The position numbers and the translations under genes were made by a program. The notes under the pieces were generated by a model. The model saw only the letters and a program-made list of their open reading frames with translations, made no database searches and had not been told where the DNA came from. Shown one piece after another: positions 38,529 to 47,913 of a stretch of 64,000 nucleotides of DNA; positions within the stretch are counted from its first letter, which is position 1, and each line of letters begins with the position of its first letter. Source of the stretch: Polyangiales bacterium. GTDB lineage: Bacteria; Myxococcota_A; Polyangia; Polyangiales; Houyiibacteriaceae. The stretch is from the NCBI GenBank assembly GCA_045106895.1, contig JBGCFM010000062.1, positions 64,001-128,000 on the forward strand. The letters are read 5' to 3'.

Positions 38529-40621
38529 TCTTCGCCTCCTTCAGCGTCGTCTACGTCCACGGGCTCATCAAGAGCGACGTCGCCCTCACCCTCTTCCGGC
38601 TCAGCGTCGCGTGTCGGCGGCTGCTCGAACTCGTCTTCCCAGAGCTCTCCTTCAAAGGGCCAGTATTCTTCATCGTCGCGAAGGAGGCCTTGAACACGAA
38701 GTGGGTCGATCAGCTCCGGCGGAAAACGTCCCGCCGCAAGGCTCTCGATTTGAACTTCAATGCGTCGCTTCGAGCCCATCACCGCGTCGATGCGTCCAAT
38801 CCGAGCGCGACGAAGGGAGCCTGAGAGTCGCCGGCGAAGTCCACGAAGCGAACGAACAGCGGCGTTTCCGGCGGCGTCTGTCAGGCGTGAGCGCATCGCG
38901 TCGACCCGTGATGGGAGAGTGCGCGCCGCGCGAGCGTCGATGGCGAGCAGCCCTCGGACACCTTCAGCGTCGGCGGCGGGGGCTTCTTCGCCGTGAGCAC
39001 GCTCGGCCGAGCGAAGCTGTCGAACCAATGCCCGAAGACTCTCCGCGTGCTGAGTCATCGACGCTTCGAGGGGCTGCAAGTCGGACGCCTCTGCTCCGCC
39101 ACGACGAAGCGCGTCGAGCTGGCGTGAGAGTCCGCCGAGCATCTCCCGCGTCGTCCGGACCATCCTCCGCACTTCAGCGATCTCCGTTTCGAAGGCGACC
39201 TCTTCCACGGCGGCGGCGGGACGTTCCTGACGAACCCGGGCGCTGAGCCCACGGAGATCCGCCGCGAGACGACCCGCGCGGGCAGCCTCCGCGTTGAGTG
39301 TGCGAAGTTGCGCGTGCAGGTTGTAGAAGTCGGGGTCGACGCGCAGGAGCGCCAAGAGCATCCCCTCCATCGTGCTCAGTCGATCACGGGCGCTCTCGGC
39401 GACCTCGTCGGCGCTCAGCGCCTCGCTGCTCTCCATGGCGCTCGCTTCAGCGCGGAGGAGGTCTCCGTAAAGCTCCGACTGACGCACCTGACTGCCCAAG
39501 ACGGCGTCGATCTCCGCGACGAGTGGCCCAAAGCGCGCCTGGTAGGACACGAAGAGCTGACTCGCCTCTTCGAACTCACAGCGTCCAAGGTGCACGTACC
39601 CGCGGAGGAGCTGAGCTTCATCCACAAAAGGAGATGCCGGGTAACGCGCTTCAAGCTGATCGAGGAGGTCGATGGAGGTGTCGAAGTCGTCGCCTTCGTA
39701 CATGGAGTAAGCTGCCTCGAAGAGCGCTTCGGCGACACGCTCCGAATCCGAAGGAACCTGGAAGTAGTAGTAGAACGCGTCGTCGCTTCGCAGACCTTCA
39801 TGCGCAACGCGGCCAAGGCCGAGCCAAGCGAGGTCTTTGATGCGGTAGTAGCGGTCGTCGACGTAGAAGGTGGTGCGCGTCTGGTCGCTCGTCGTTGCAA
39901 TGCTGCAGAAGCGAGCCTCCGCGTCGTCGAGGTTTCCTTGCCGCGCCGCCATGACACCGCGCAGATACTGAGCGTTCGCGTAGAAACGGCTTCGCTGGGT
40001 GATGTTCGCGAAAGACGCTTCGGCGGCGCCGTCGTCTTGGGAATCGTAGGCGGCTCTTCCTCGCAGGTAGCGGAGTTCATTGGCGGCGTCATCGGGCAGG
40101 TTCTCGGTGCCGATGGCCTCAAGCTGCGTGAGCGCGCCCCCGATGTCGCCGGACTCCAGCGCGACGTCGACGAAGCGGCGATACGCAGGCCCAAAGTAAG
40201 GGTCTTCGTTTCCGCGACGAAGGGTGCGCTCAAGGTAGCGCGATGCGCTTCGAAGAGACCCAAGCTCAGCGAGGGCGCCTGCCAAGAGCAACTCGGCACC
40301 GGCGAACTCTTCTGAATCTGCAAAGTCCGCGAAACGTGGTGACTCGACCACTTCGTAGAGCAGGAGCGCGGCGGTGTCGTAGCGTTGCTCAAAGTAGTGC
40401 TCTTCCCCGCGGACAACGAGCTCCCGAAGGCGCTCCACCGAGCCGGTCTCGGCTGCGATGAGGCGCTCAGCCGAGAGCGCTTCCAGGTAGCGCGCGAGCG
40501 TCACGCCTCCGCCCTCGGCAACGTTCGCGGATGCGGGCGCGGTCTCTTCTTGCGCCAACGCGCTCGGCGCGGCGCCGGCGACGAGGCTCAGGGCGAGCCA
40601 AGCTGACTTCGCTCGGATCAA
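38525..40621 (-). CDS. GltC-like TPR/coiled-coil secreted protein
   Basis: Signal peptide; TPR region (LGLGRVAHE, ALFEAAYS); coiled coils; C-terminal EYWPFEGE.WEDE. Confidence 0.75.
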   Translation of the reverse strand: MIRAKSAWLALSLVAGAAPSALAQEETAPASANVAEGGGVTLARYLEALSAERLIAAETGSVERLRELVVRGEEHYFEQRYDTAALLLYEVVESPRFADFADSEEFAGAELLLAGALAELGSLRSASRYLERTLRRGNEDPYFGPAYRRFVDVALESGDIGGALTQLEAIGTENLPDDAANELRYLRGRAAYDSQDDGAAEASFANITQRSRFYANAQYLRGVMAARQGNLDDAEARFCSIATTSDQTRTTFYVDDRYYRIKDLAWLGLGRVAHEGLRSDDAFYYYFQVPSDSERVAEALFEAAYSMYEGDDFDTSIDLLDQLEARYPASPFVDEAQLLRGYVHLGRCEFEEASQLFVSYQARFGPLVAEIDAVLGSQVRQSELYGDLLRAEASAMESSEALSADEVAESARDRLSTMEGMLLALLRVDPDFYNLHAQLRTLNAEAARAGRLAADLRGLSARVRQERPAAAVEEVAFETEIAEVRRMVRTTREMLGGLSRQLDALRRGGAEASDLQPLEASMTQHAESLRALVRQLRSAERAHGEEAPAADAEGVRGLLAIDARAARTLPSRVDAMRSRLTDAAGNAAVRSLRGLRRRLSGSLRRARIGRIDAVMGSKRRIEVQIESLAAGRFPPELIDPLRVQGLLRDDEEYWPFEGELWEDEFEQPPTRDAEPEEGEGDVALDEPVDVDDAEGGEE

Positions 40622-41379
40622 CCCTCGTCCTCCAGTGGACGCGTCGCCACGCGAACACGCGTCCGAACGTCGTACTCTCCTTCGCCGTCGTCGGCGAAGT
40701 CTTCGCCAATGTCACTGTCGTCATCGAGGATGATCACGACGTCTGTCATCTGACCTTGGACGACCTCGAAGCGGTAGCGGTCCGTCTGAAGGTAGCGGTA
40801 GTCCGCGTTGGCGCGTGTTCGCTGCTCTGCCTCCACGGTCAACTCGTGTGGTCCTGGGGCCGCGAAGCCCTCAAACACGAGGACGCCCTCATCACCCAAT
40901 CGGTCGCTCATGACGAAAACCGGAGCGCCGTCGAGGCGAAGTGAGAACGTCGAGAGGACCGCATCGTCAGCGCGGTTCTCGACGCGCACACGGACCTTCG
41001 TTTCGAAGAGCTGTCGACCGAGGACGGCGACGCGCGCCCGTGTCTGAACCAGCTCATCCATGAGCGTCGCCAGCTCGGCGCGCAGCGGAGACAAGTCCGG
41101 AGGAGGCGCCGAGGCGGGAGCTTCGGGAGCGGCGGGTGCCTCCGGCGGCTCTGGCGCAACCTCAACCTCGGCCTCAGGAGCGGGCGCCGATTCTTCGGGA
41201 GCTTCCTCCGCGGGGCTCTCTTCGGAGTCGCTCTCCTCCGGTGTCTCTGCGGGAGCGGCCGGCGGAGGCGTTGGAGGACGACGGCGTCGTCGCCGGCGTC
41301 GCCGCTGAGCATCAGCGCTCGGCACCGTGAAAACGAGAACGAGAGCCAAAGCGACGAATATGCGCATGAGAGACATCAT
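40618..41379 (-). CDS. Secreted accessory protein: Arg9 N-terminus, Pro/Glu linker, coiled coil, beta-sandwich
   Basis: Signal peptide ending ADA-Q followed by nine Arg; LDGAPVF...VFEG...PGPHELTV domain. Confidence 0.75.
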   Translation of the reverse strand: MMSLMRIFVALALVLVFTVPSADAQRRRRRRRRRPPTPPPAAPAETPEESDSEESPAEEAPEESAPAPEAEVEVAPEPPEAPAAPEAPASAPPPDLSPLRAELATLMDELVQTRARVAVLGRQLFETKVRVRVENRADDAVLSTFSLRLDGAPVFVMSDRLGDEGVLVFEGFAAPGPHELTVEAEQRTRANADYRYLQTDRYRFEVVQGQMTDVVIILDDDSDIGEDFADDGEGEYDVRTRVRVATRPLEDEG

Positions 41380-41384
41380 CGCTC

Positions 41385-42065
41385 CTACTGCCGAAACGGC
41401 ATGAAGATGGACAGACCGAGAGTGGCCGTGACGTTGTTCACAATCTGTGACTCGCCGAGGAGCTCCTGCTGGAGAACCTGATCGCGGACATCCATTCGAA
41501 GGGCGAACCAATCGCCGAAGTAGAACTTCAACCCAAAGCCTCCGCTAAACGTGAGCCCGCGCGCAGTTTGGTTGTCCGTCACGCCGCCGCCCACAGCGAG
41601 ATAGAAGTCAAAGCGCCCAATGCTGCCGCCGAGCCAACGCACCTTTCCATAGGCCAGCGACCACAGGAGGTGACCGCCATAGACGTACACTGGATTCTCG
41701 ACCCGAAACAGGACGATGCCTCGGTCTTCTTCGATGATTCGGACAACCTCGGAGCGTGCGCGCGTGTAGGAGAAGGAGAGCTCGAGTCCAATGGCTTCAG
41801 TCGCGTGAAACGTGTACGCCCCCTGCACGAGCGCCCAACTTGAGAGCAAGTCCGCGGAGTAGATGCCGCCCATGATCGACAGCTCGTGCCGGAGCGCTTT
41901 TTGGAAGATTCGCTCGGTAACGCCGCGGTATCGACGACGTGCGTTCAGCTCGTCGCGAATCGCCTCGTCGATGCACTGGGCGCTAGCGCCGCTGAGCGCG
42001 TCATCTGCCGGCCAATAGGCCGTCGAAAACGTAAGTAGTAAGGCAAAGGCAAAGACCTGGCGCAT
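41385..42065 (-). CDS. GltA/GltB-like outer-membrane beta-barrel protein
   Basis: Signal peptide; K..RHELS..GG, Y.FH.TE.IGLE, YGK......I.RFDFYL..GGG, GFGLKFY...FALR.D.RD; C-terminal GLSIFMP. Confidence 0.8.
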   Translation of the reverse strand: MRQVFAFALLLTFSTAYWPADDALSGASAQCIDEAIRDELNARRRYRGVTERIFQKALRHELSIMGGIYSADLLSSWALVQGAYTFHATEAIGLELSFSYTRARSEVVRIIEEDRGIVLFRVENPVYVYGGHLLWSLAYGKVRWLGGSIGRFDFYLAVGGGVTDNQTARGLTFSGGFGLKFYFGDWFALRMDVRDQVLQQELLGESQIVNNVTATLGLSIFMPFRQ

Positions 42066-42225
42066 CTCCGCGATTGTCACCGGGAGCGAGTCGCGGCGTC
42101 AACGAGACTTCGGCCAAAGAACAGCGTTCACTCTCCCGTTCGCGCACACGCCCCCACATCTACCCCCGATATCGAACGCTGGTCTGCCGCCTTTGAGGGA
42201 GAAGCCCGGCGCGCGCCGAACGCCC

Positions 42226-44019
42226 CTACCTGTACAGAGCGTCGATGGCGTCGGTGTAATGAGCCAAGACGTTGCGACGCTTGAGCTTCATCGAGGGAGT
42301 GAGCATTCCGTTTTCCGTGGTGAAGTCTTCGGCGGCGAGGGCGATCTTCTTCACCTTCTCGAACTGCTTGAACTCAGCACCGTACTTGTCGATCTCGTCG
42401 CGCAGGAGCGCCATCAACTTGGGGTCCTCGAGCAGTGCAGCCTCGGAGCTGGCCATCCCGCGCTCCTGAGCCCAGGGCTTGATGGCCTCGAAGTCTGGAA
42501 CCACGACGGCGATATTGAACCCTTCGTTGGCACCGTGAACCATCACGTTCGCGATGTAGCGTGAGAGCTTGAGCTTCTCCTCGAGGGGCGTCGGCACAAC
42601 GTACTTGCCGTTGAGCAGCTTGTACTGCTCCTTGATGCGTCCGGTGATGTAGAGAAAACCGTCGTCGTCGATGTATCCCATGTCGCCGCTGCGAAAGCCG
42701 CGTTCCCCATCTTCACCTTCGACGAGAACCTTGGCGTTCTCTTCGGGAAGCTCGTGATAGCCCTGCATGACGTTGTGGCCGAAGATGAGAATCTCGCCGT
42801 TGTCGGGGTCTTCCGTGACGCCCTTGTCGATCTCGATTCGGATGCCGGGGATTGGCTTGCCCACGCTCCCAATGCGGCGACCTGCGGGGCAGTTGGCCGT
42901 GGCGATGGGTGAGGTCTCTGTCAGGCCGTAGCCTTCGTAGACCATGATACCGAGGTTATCGATGAACTCGGCGACTTCACGACTCAGGGCAGCGCCGCCG
43001 CTGAAGGCGTACTTCAGGCGTCCGCCAAACCGGTCTCGGACCTTGCTGAAGACGAGCTTGTCGAAGACCCGGTGCTTGAAGTCTGTCCAGCCACTTCGGC
43101 GACGCGCCTCGGCGAGCTTCTTACGCTGCTCGGCAGTCTGAACCGCGGCCTCAAAGAGCTTGAGCTTGGCGCCGCCCTCCTCCGCCATGCGCTTGTGGAG
43201 TCCGTCATAGATACGGTTGAAGATACGCGGGACGCTGAAGAGGAGTGTAGGCTTCACCTCCGAGAGGTTCGCCACGATCTTGTCGACGGCTTCGGCGATG
43301 CCCATCGACGCGCCCATGGAGAAGAGACCGTGGAGCTCGCAGGTCTGACCAAAGCTGTGCGCCCACGGCAAGAAGCTGAGGGAGCGGTCACTGCTGCTGA
43401 TGGGAAAGAACTCGTGAATCGCTGATACGTTGGCGGCGAGGTTGGCGTGCGTGAGAATGACGCCCTTCGGCGCGCCCGTCGTGCCTGAGGTGTAGATGAA
43501 GCCCGCGACATCTTCGCCCTTCACGTCTGCCAAGTCCGCGGGTTCGCTCTTCAGCATCTCGTCGAAGGTCGTGATGCCTTCGCCCATGGCTTCCCCATCG
43601 ATGGCGACAACCATATTCAGCGCAGGGAGCTCGTCGCGCATCTCTTCGATCTGAGAGGCGATGCCGAGGTTCGCCGCGAAGAGCACCTTCGCCGAGCAGT
43701 CCTCGAGAATGTACTTCCACTCTTTGGCCTGCTGCGATTCGTACATTGGCACAAACGCTGCGCCGATCCCGTAGCAAGCGTAGGCAGCAACGGCCCACTC
43801 AGGACGGTTGTTCGAGACGATGGCCACGCGGTCGCCCTTGGAGACACCGAGCGCGTGTAGCGCGCCACGCATCGCGTCGACCTTGCGACCAAACGCTCCG
43901 TAGGTGAGCCATCGCCATGTTCCGCCGCTCTTGGTGCCAAAGAGTGGACGGTCGGCATACGCTTCGATGCTCTGCGTGTAGACCTGAACCAGCGTTTCGT
44001 ACTTCGGTTTGAACGGCAT
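42226..44019 (-). CDS. Long-chain fatty acid-CoA ligase
   Basis: YTSGTTGAPKG, FLPWAH, EGYGLTETSP, SGDMG, GRIKE, LTPSMKLKR. Confidence 0.95.
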   Translation of the reverse strand: MPFKPKYETLVQVYTQSIEAYADRPLFGTKSGGTWRWLTYGAFGRKVDAMRGALHALGVSKGDRVAIVSNNRPEWAVAAYACYGIGAAFVPMYESQQAKEWKYILEDCSAKVLFAANLGIASQIEEMRDELPALNMVVAIDGEAMGEGITTFDEMLKSEPADLADVKGEDVAGFIYTSGTTGAPKGVILTHANLAANVSAIHEFFPISSSDRSLSFLPWAHSFGQTCELHGLFSMGASMGIAEAVDKIVANLSEVKPTLLFSVPRIFNRIYDGLHKRMAEEGGAKLKLFEAAVQTAEQRKKLAEARRRSGWTDFKHRVFDKLVFSKVRDRFGGRLKYAFSGGAALSREVAEFIDNLGIMVYEGYGLTETSPIATANCPAGRRIGSVGKPIPGIRIEIDKGVTEDPDNGEILIFGHNVMQGYHELPEENAKVLVEGEDGERGFRSGDMGYIDDDGFLYITGRIKEQYKLLNGKYVVPTPLEEKLKLSRYIANVMVHGANEGFNIAVVVPDFEAIKPWAQERGMASSEAALLEDPKLMALLRDEIDKYGAEFKQFEKVKKIALAAEDFTTENGMLTPSMKLKRRNVLAHYTDAIDALYR

Positions 44020-44195
44020 CCGCGGACGCTAGCAAACAACTCCCGCGCTTTGGGTAAGTTCTGACGCAGTGCGCCATCCAGATGCCCCTGGATGAAGACG
44101 CGAAGGACGAGACTCGACCCCCACAAAAAGAGCCGTGAGCGGCACAAACAAGCTGCAAACACGCCACCCTCGCGCAGAACGGTCAAAAAACAGAG

Positions 44196-45344
44196 TCAGG
44201 CGGCCTTCGGGACACCCAGGAGCATATCCGGCAACGAAAATGTCGCGCGCCTACCGGCGAGGCCTGTCTCTACGTTTCGCGCCCAGTAGCGACGTCCATA
44301 TTCCTCAAAGCGCGCTCGGGTTCCCCGCGGCGCCAGCACCCGTGCCGCTCGAACCAGCGCACCCACGGCGGGCACAACAAATCGCTGCGGCACCTTTGGG
44401 ACGCCCAGCCCTTCCGCCAGCTCCTCTCCGAGGAGCGCGCGTGCGAACCCCTGACCCAGCGCGATGTGCTTCGTCGCCATCTCGTTGCTCATCGATAATC
44501 GAGGTGACTCAAGCAGCGCGCGTGTCAGCGCACGCGAGTCTTCGTCGGGCGGGCCCTGAGTCTCTCGGATGAACTCGCCGAGGCGGTACGACTCGAAGTT
44601 GTCCTTCGGTGCAATCGCCTCCTCGACACCCATCAGCCACCCAGACGTTCGCCAGAGGTGAACATAGTCTTCTTCTTCGGCGTCGCTGACGGGGACGCCG
44701 AACATTCGAATGCCATCGACGAAGACCGTCGAGAAGAGCAACGACGTGCCGACCATATCGTGCTGATTGATCGGCACGCCCCAGTCATCTGTGGTCCACC
44801 GCGGCGACGCCATGAGCATCTGGCGCACCTTCGCGTGCATCAAACGGACACGAAGAGTCACGCCCCATCCATCTCCGCCCGGCCGGAGACTCCGGGGCGT
44901 GCACGTCGCAACGACGAAACGTCCCGTCTCCGCCAAACGGAACTGCACCCGCTCAGACAAACCTCCGCTAAACGCCAGGGGTTTGTTTCCTGCGGGCGCG
45001 GCGTATCCACCGATGAGCGAGCGCGCACCGAGGACAATGCCGCCGGCGACCCCGCTGCGAAAGAGGAGTCGGCCCGCCGAGTCGCACCGTTCCCAGTCGA
45101 CCCACGACGGCGGCTCACTGCAGTGACGCACAAGCTCGCGCATCGCCTGCGGCATCTCCGAGGGCGACTCACCGCGCGCGGCGACATCGATCCACTTTGC
45201 CGATGCGCCCTCCACGGCGGCGTCCGCGAGCGGATCCCCTTGAAGCAACGCATCGAACATGCGCGAGGCGAGCGGACCAAACTGCGTCTGCGCGTCTTGT
45301 ATGTTCTTCGCCCGCGTGGGCCACTCTTTCGTTAGAAACGCCAC
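44196..45344 (-). CDS. DUF2236 oxygenase MpaB/Lcp-family protein (cytoplasmic)
   Basis: GDPLADA, P.WVDW, RLAET, RVRLMHAKVR, WGVPINQHDM, HLWR..GWLMGV. Confidence 0.85.
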   Translation of the reverse strand: MAFLTKEWPTRAKNIQDAQTQFGPLASRMFDALLQGDPLADAAVEGASAKWIDVAARGESPSEMPQAMRELVRHCSEPPSWVDWERCDSAGRLLFRSGVAGGIVLGARSLIGGYAAPAGNKPLAFSGGLSERVQFRLAETGRFVVATCTPRSLRPGGDGWGVTLRVRLMHAKVRQMLMASPRWTTDDWGVPINQHDMVGTSLLFSTVFVDGIRMFGVPVSDAEEEDYVHLWRTSGWLMGVEEAIAPKDNFESYRLGEFIRETQGPPDEDSRALTRALLESPRLSMSNEMATKHIALGQGFARALLGEELAEGLGVPKVPQRFVVPAVGALVRAARVLAPRGTRARFEEYGRRYWARNVETGLAGRRATFSLPDMLLGVPKAA

Positions 45345-45437
45345 TCCCGGAGGATAGGGGCGTCCGTAGGTCTCGCCAAGTCAGGGATTCGCAGCGGCCA
45401 CTCGCAGGCAAAGCGGCTGTTGGGCTATAGATGCGAT

Positions 45438-46004
45438 GTGAACTACTCCACCCTTCGCTTCATCCCTTTGACCGCGCTCCTTGTACTCGTCGGCTGCAGC
45501 CCGCCGTGGCTCACCCTCGTTCAATCGGGCCCGCCCTCGGCGCTCGCCGGCGCGCCTAGCTTCGAGGTCGCTTTCGACTTCTCACGTATGATCATTGATG
45601 GCCAACCCGTCGCGCAGCTGATGCAATCGGTCCCGCCGGATGAACACGCCGACCTCGATAACACCTTCGTCGAAATGCAGAGCGTGTTCCTTGAACGCTT
45701 GGCCAACCGAGCAGGCGTCCCCGTTCAGCAGGCAAGCGGACCGCCCGCGCCAGGTGTGCTTCGCCTCACCGTCGCCTTCACCATGGTTCAGCGCGGGCCA
45801 CGTGGCCCCATTGGGTTCAGCTCGACAGCGGTCACCTCCGAGGCCCTGTGGTCGCTCAACGGTCAGCCCACGGACACGGTCTCGATGACCCGAGAGAGCT
45901 CGCCATCTCTCATGCGACCCTCCGTCGCGCAGCGCATGAAACTCTGCGCGGGAGAGCTGGGTACTCTCACCGCGCGTTTCTTCCAGTCTGAGCAGAGCCG
46001 CTGA
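45438..46004 (+). CDS. Hypothetical lipoprotein
   Basis: Lipobox LVGC; compact alpha/beta domain. Confidence 0.7.
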   Translation: MNYSTLRFIPLTALLVLVGCSPPWLTLVQSGPPSALAGAPSFEVAFDFSRMIIDGQPVAQLMQSVPPDEHADLDNTFVEMQSVFLERLANRAGVPVQQASGPPAPGVLRLTVAFTMVQRGPRGPIGFSSTAVTSEALWSLNGQPTDTVSMTRESSPSLMRPSVAQRMKLCAGELGTLTARFFQSEQSR

Positions 46005-46022
46005 TGGCCGGGACTCGCAGCT

Positions 46023-46904
46023 CTAACGGCCGATGAGCTCCACGACACCACATTCGTAGCGTGTCTCGGCCACGTAGACAGCGACCATACCGGCGCGAGC
46101 GCCAACGACAATCTCGCCTTCGCTCCGTCGGCGAACATCAGCGACGTTGCCGCTGATCATGACGCGCGTGTCAGGCGTAAAGCCCGTGCCGCGAATGTTC
46201 ACATATCCACCTGCGGGCACGCGGTTGATGACCAGTTCACAGCTAACACCTTGAGCGCTGCCGTTTGTGTCGGGAAGTTCGGTGCCGGGGACGACCGTCG
46301 TCGGTCGGTCCACGCCGGGCAGATTTGGGTCGCCCGCAGGGAGTTCACCGTTTGGAAGTTCGGCGTTTGGACGGTCTACGTCGGGGAGGTTCGGATCTGC
46401 GGGACGAATGCTCACACCCGGAATCGTGACGCCTGCGCCCGTGTTCGGCGGAATCTCGACGCCATCGACGAGCACGATTCGCTCAGGGACATCGGCGGGC
46501 TCCGTTTCACTCGGGCACGACATACGAATGTGGCCAGGCTGGCGGTACTCCGGAGGAGGGGCTTGCTCGGTTCGACGAAAGTAGCCCGGATGAAAACGGT
46601 GAGTGTTGTCTTCGACGACGCACACCGGCGGCTCCCATGCGTATCCCTCACGGCCAACGATCCAAGTGCCTTCGATCCAGACCCAGTCGTCGTCGTAGCG
46701 AAAGTGACCCGCGACCCATACGGAACGGGAATCCGTCTTGGCAGTCTGGGTCTCCGTCAGCGTCTCAAGGGGCGGACACTCGGTGGACACGCGCTGAGCA
46801 CGCGCAGGCCGCACATAGAGCGAGGCCGTCGCGCGAACGCGGAACGTGCACGCTGGAAGGAGAAACGAAGCCGCAAGGACCAGAGGAAAAGAATGGCGAA
46901 GCAT
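46023..46904 (-). CDS. YXWGXW-repeat lipoprotein with C-terminal IPT/TIG-like domain
   Basis: Lipobox LPAC; VWVAGHF...WVWIEGTW...YAWEPP; duplicated DPNLP.VDRP; GGYVNIRGTGF. Confidence 0.75.
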   Translation of the reverse strand: MLRHSFPLVLAASFLLPACTFRVRATASLYVRPARAQRVSTECPPLETLTETQTAKTDSRSVWVAGHFRYDDDWVWIEGTWIVGREGYAWEPPVCVVEDNTHRFHPGYFRRTEQAPPPEYRQPGHIRMSCPSETEPADVPERIVLVDGVEIPPNTGAGVTIPGVSIRPADPNLPDVDRPNAELPNGELPAGDPNLPGVDRPTTVVPGTELPDTNGSAQGVSCELVINRVPAGGYVNIRGTGFTPDTRVMISGNVADVRRRSEGEIVVGARAGMVAVYVAETRYECGVVELIGR

Positions 46905-47007
46905 GGGGCTGCTTAGCAGAAAGGCCCAAGGACAGAAAGCCCTGCCCCATAAGGCCGAGAGCACAAAGGTCTGCGCGGAGCAGCGCATCGGCTATGCTCC
47001 CGGGCCT

Positions 47008-47913
47008 ATGAGCGGGAAAATTCACGACGGTATCCTCTCCTTGGTCGGCGAGACCCCTTTGGTACGCCTCGGCGCAATATCGCCAGACGGGGGCGCCGAG
47101 ATTTGCGCGAAGCACGAAGCACTCAACCCGACGGGGAGCGTCAAAGACCGGGCTGCCTGGAGCATGATTCGGGCCGCGGAAGCGGATGGACGTCTCAAGC
47201 CCGGCGCCGTCATCGTGGAGGCGACGAGCGGCAACACCGGCATCAGCTTGGCGATGATCAGCGCGGTTCGGGGCTACCGGTGCATCATCGTGATGCCGGA
47301 GGACATGAGCCAAGCGAGGCGCGACATCCTCAAGAGCTACGGCGCGGAGATCGTGCTCACGCGAGGTGACGACGGCATGGCCGGCGCCGTCGACGAAGCC
47401 GCTGCGCTCGCCAAACGTTACGACGCTTTCGTCTGCGCGCAGTTCGACAACCCTGCCAACCCGCAAGTCCACGAGGAGAGTACCGCGGCAGAAATTTGGA
47501 GCGCGACGGACGGAAACGTGGACGTCTTCATTGCGGGCGTCGGAACCGGCGGCACGCTCACCGGTGTCGCACGCGGCTTGCGCGCGAAGAACAAAGACGT
47601 TCGCATCGTCGCTGTTGAGCCTCGCGCGAGTGCCGTCCTAAGCGGAGGGCGGCCTGGCCTGCACGGGATTCAGGGACTTGGCGCAGGTTTCGTCCCAAGC
47701 GTCCTCGAGCGTGACCTCATCGACGATATCGTCACAGTCACCGACCTCGCAGCCGACCGCATGATGCGTCGTCTTGCGCGGGAAGAGGGGCTCCTCGTAG
47801 GACCATCCGCCGGCGCGAACGTTCACGCCGCTCACGAAGTCGCACGACGCATGGAGCCAGGCACCCGCGTGGTCACGATTCTGTGCGACGGCGGCGAGCG
47901 CTACTTCGGCTAG
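47008..47913 (+). CDS. cysK: Cysteine synthase A
   Basis: GETPLVRL, NPTGSVKDR (PLP Lys), EATSGNTG, GVGTGGT, HGIQGLG, DGGERY. Confidence 0.95.
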   Translation: MSGKIHDGILSLVGETPLVRLGAISPDGGAEICAKHEALNPTGSVKDRAAWSMIRAAEADGRLKPGAVIVEATSGNTGISLAMISAVRGYRCIIVMPEDMSQARRDILKSYGAEIVLTRGDDGMAGAVDEAAALAKRYDAFVCAQFDNPANPQVHEESTAAEIWSATDGNVDVFIAGVGTGGTLTGVARGLRAKNKDVRIVAVEPRASAVLSGGRPGLHGIQGLGAGFVPSVLERDLIDDIVTVTDLAADRMMRRLAREEGLLVGPSAGANVHAAHEVARRMEPGTRVVTILCDGGERYFG

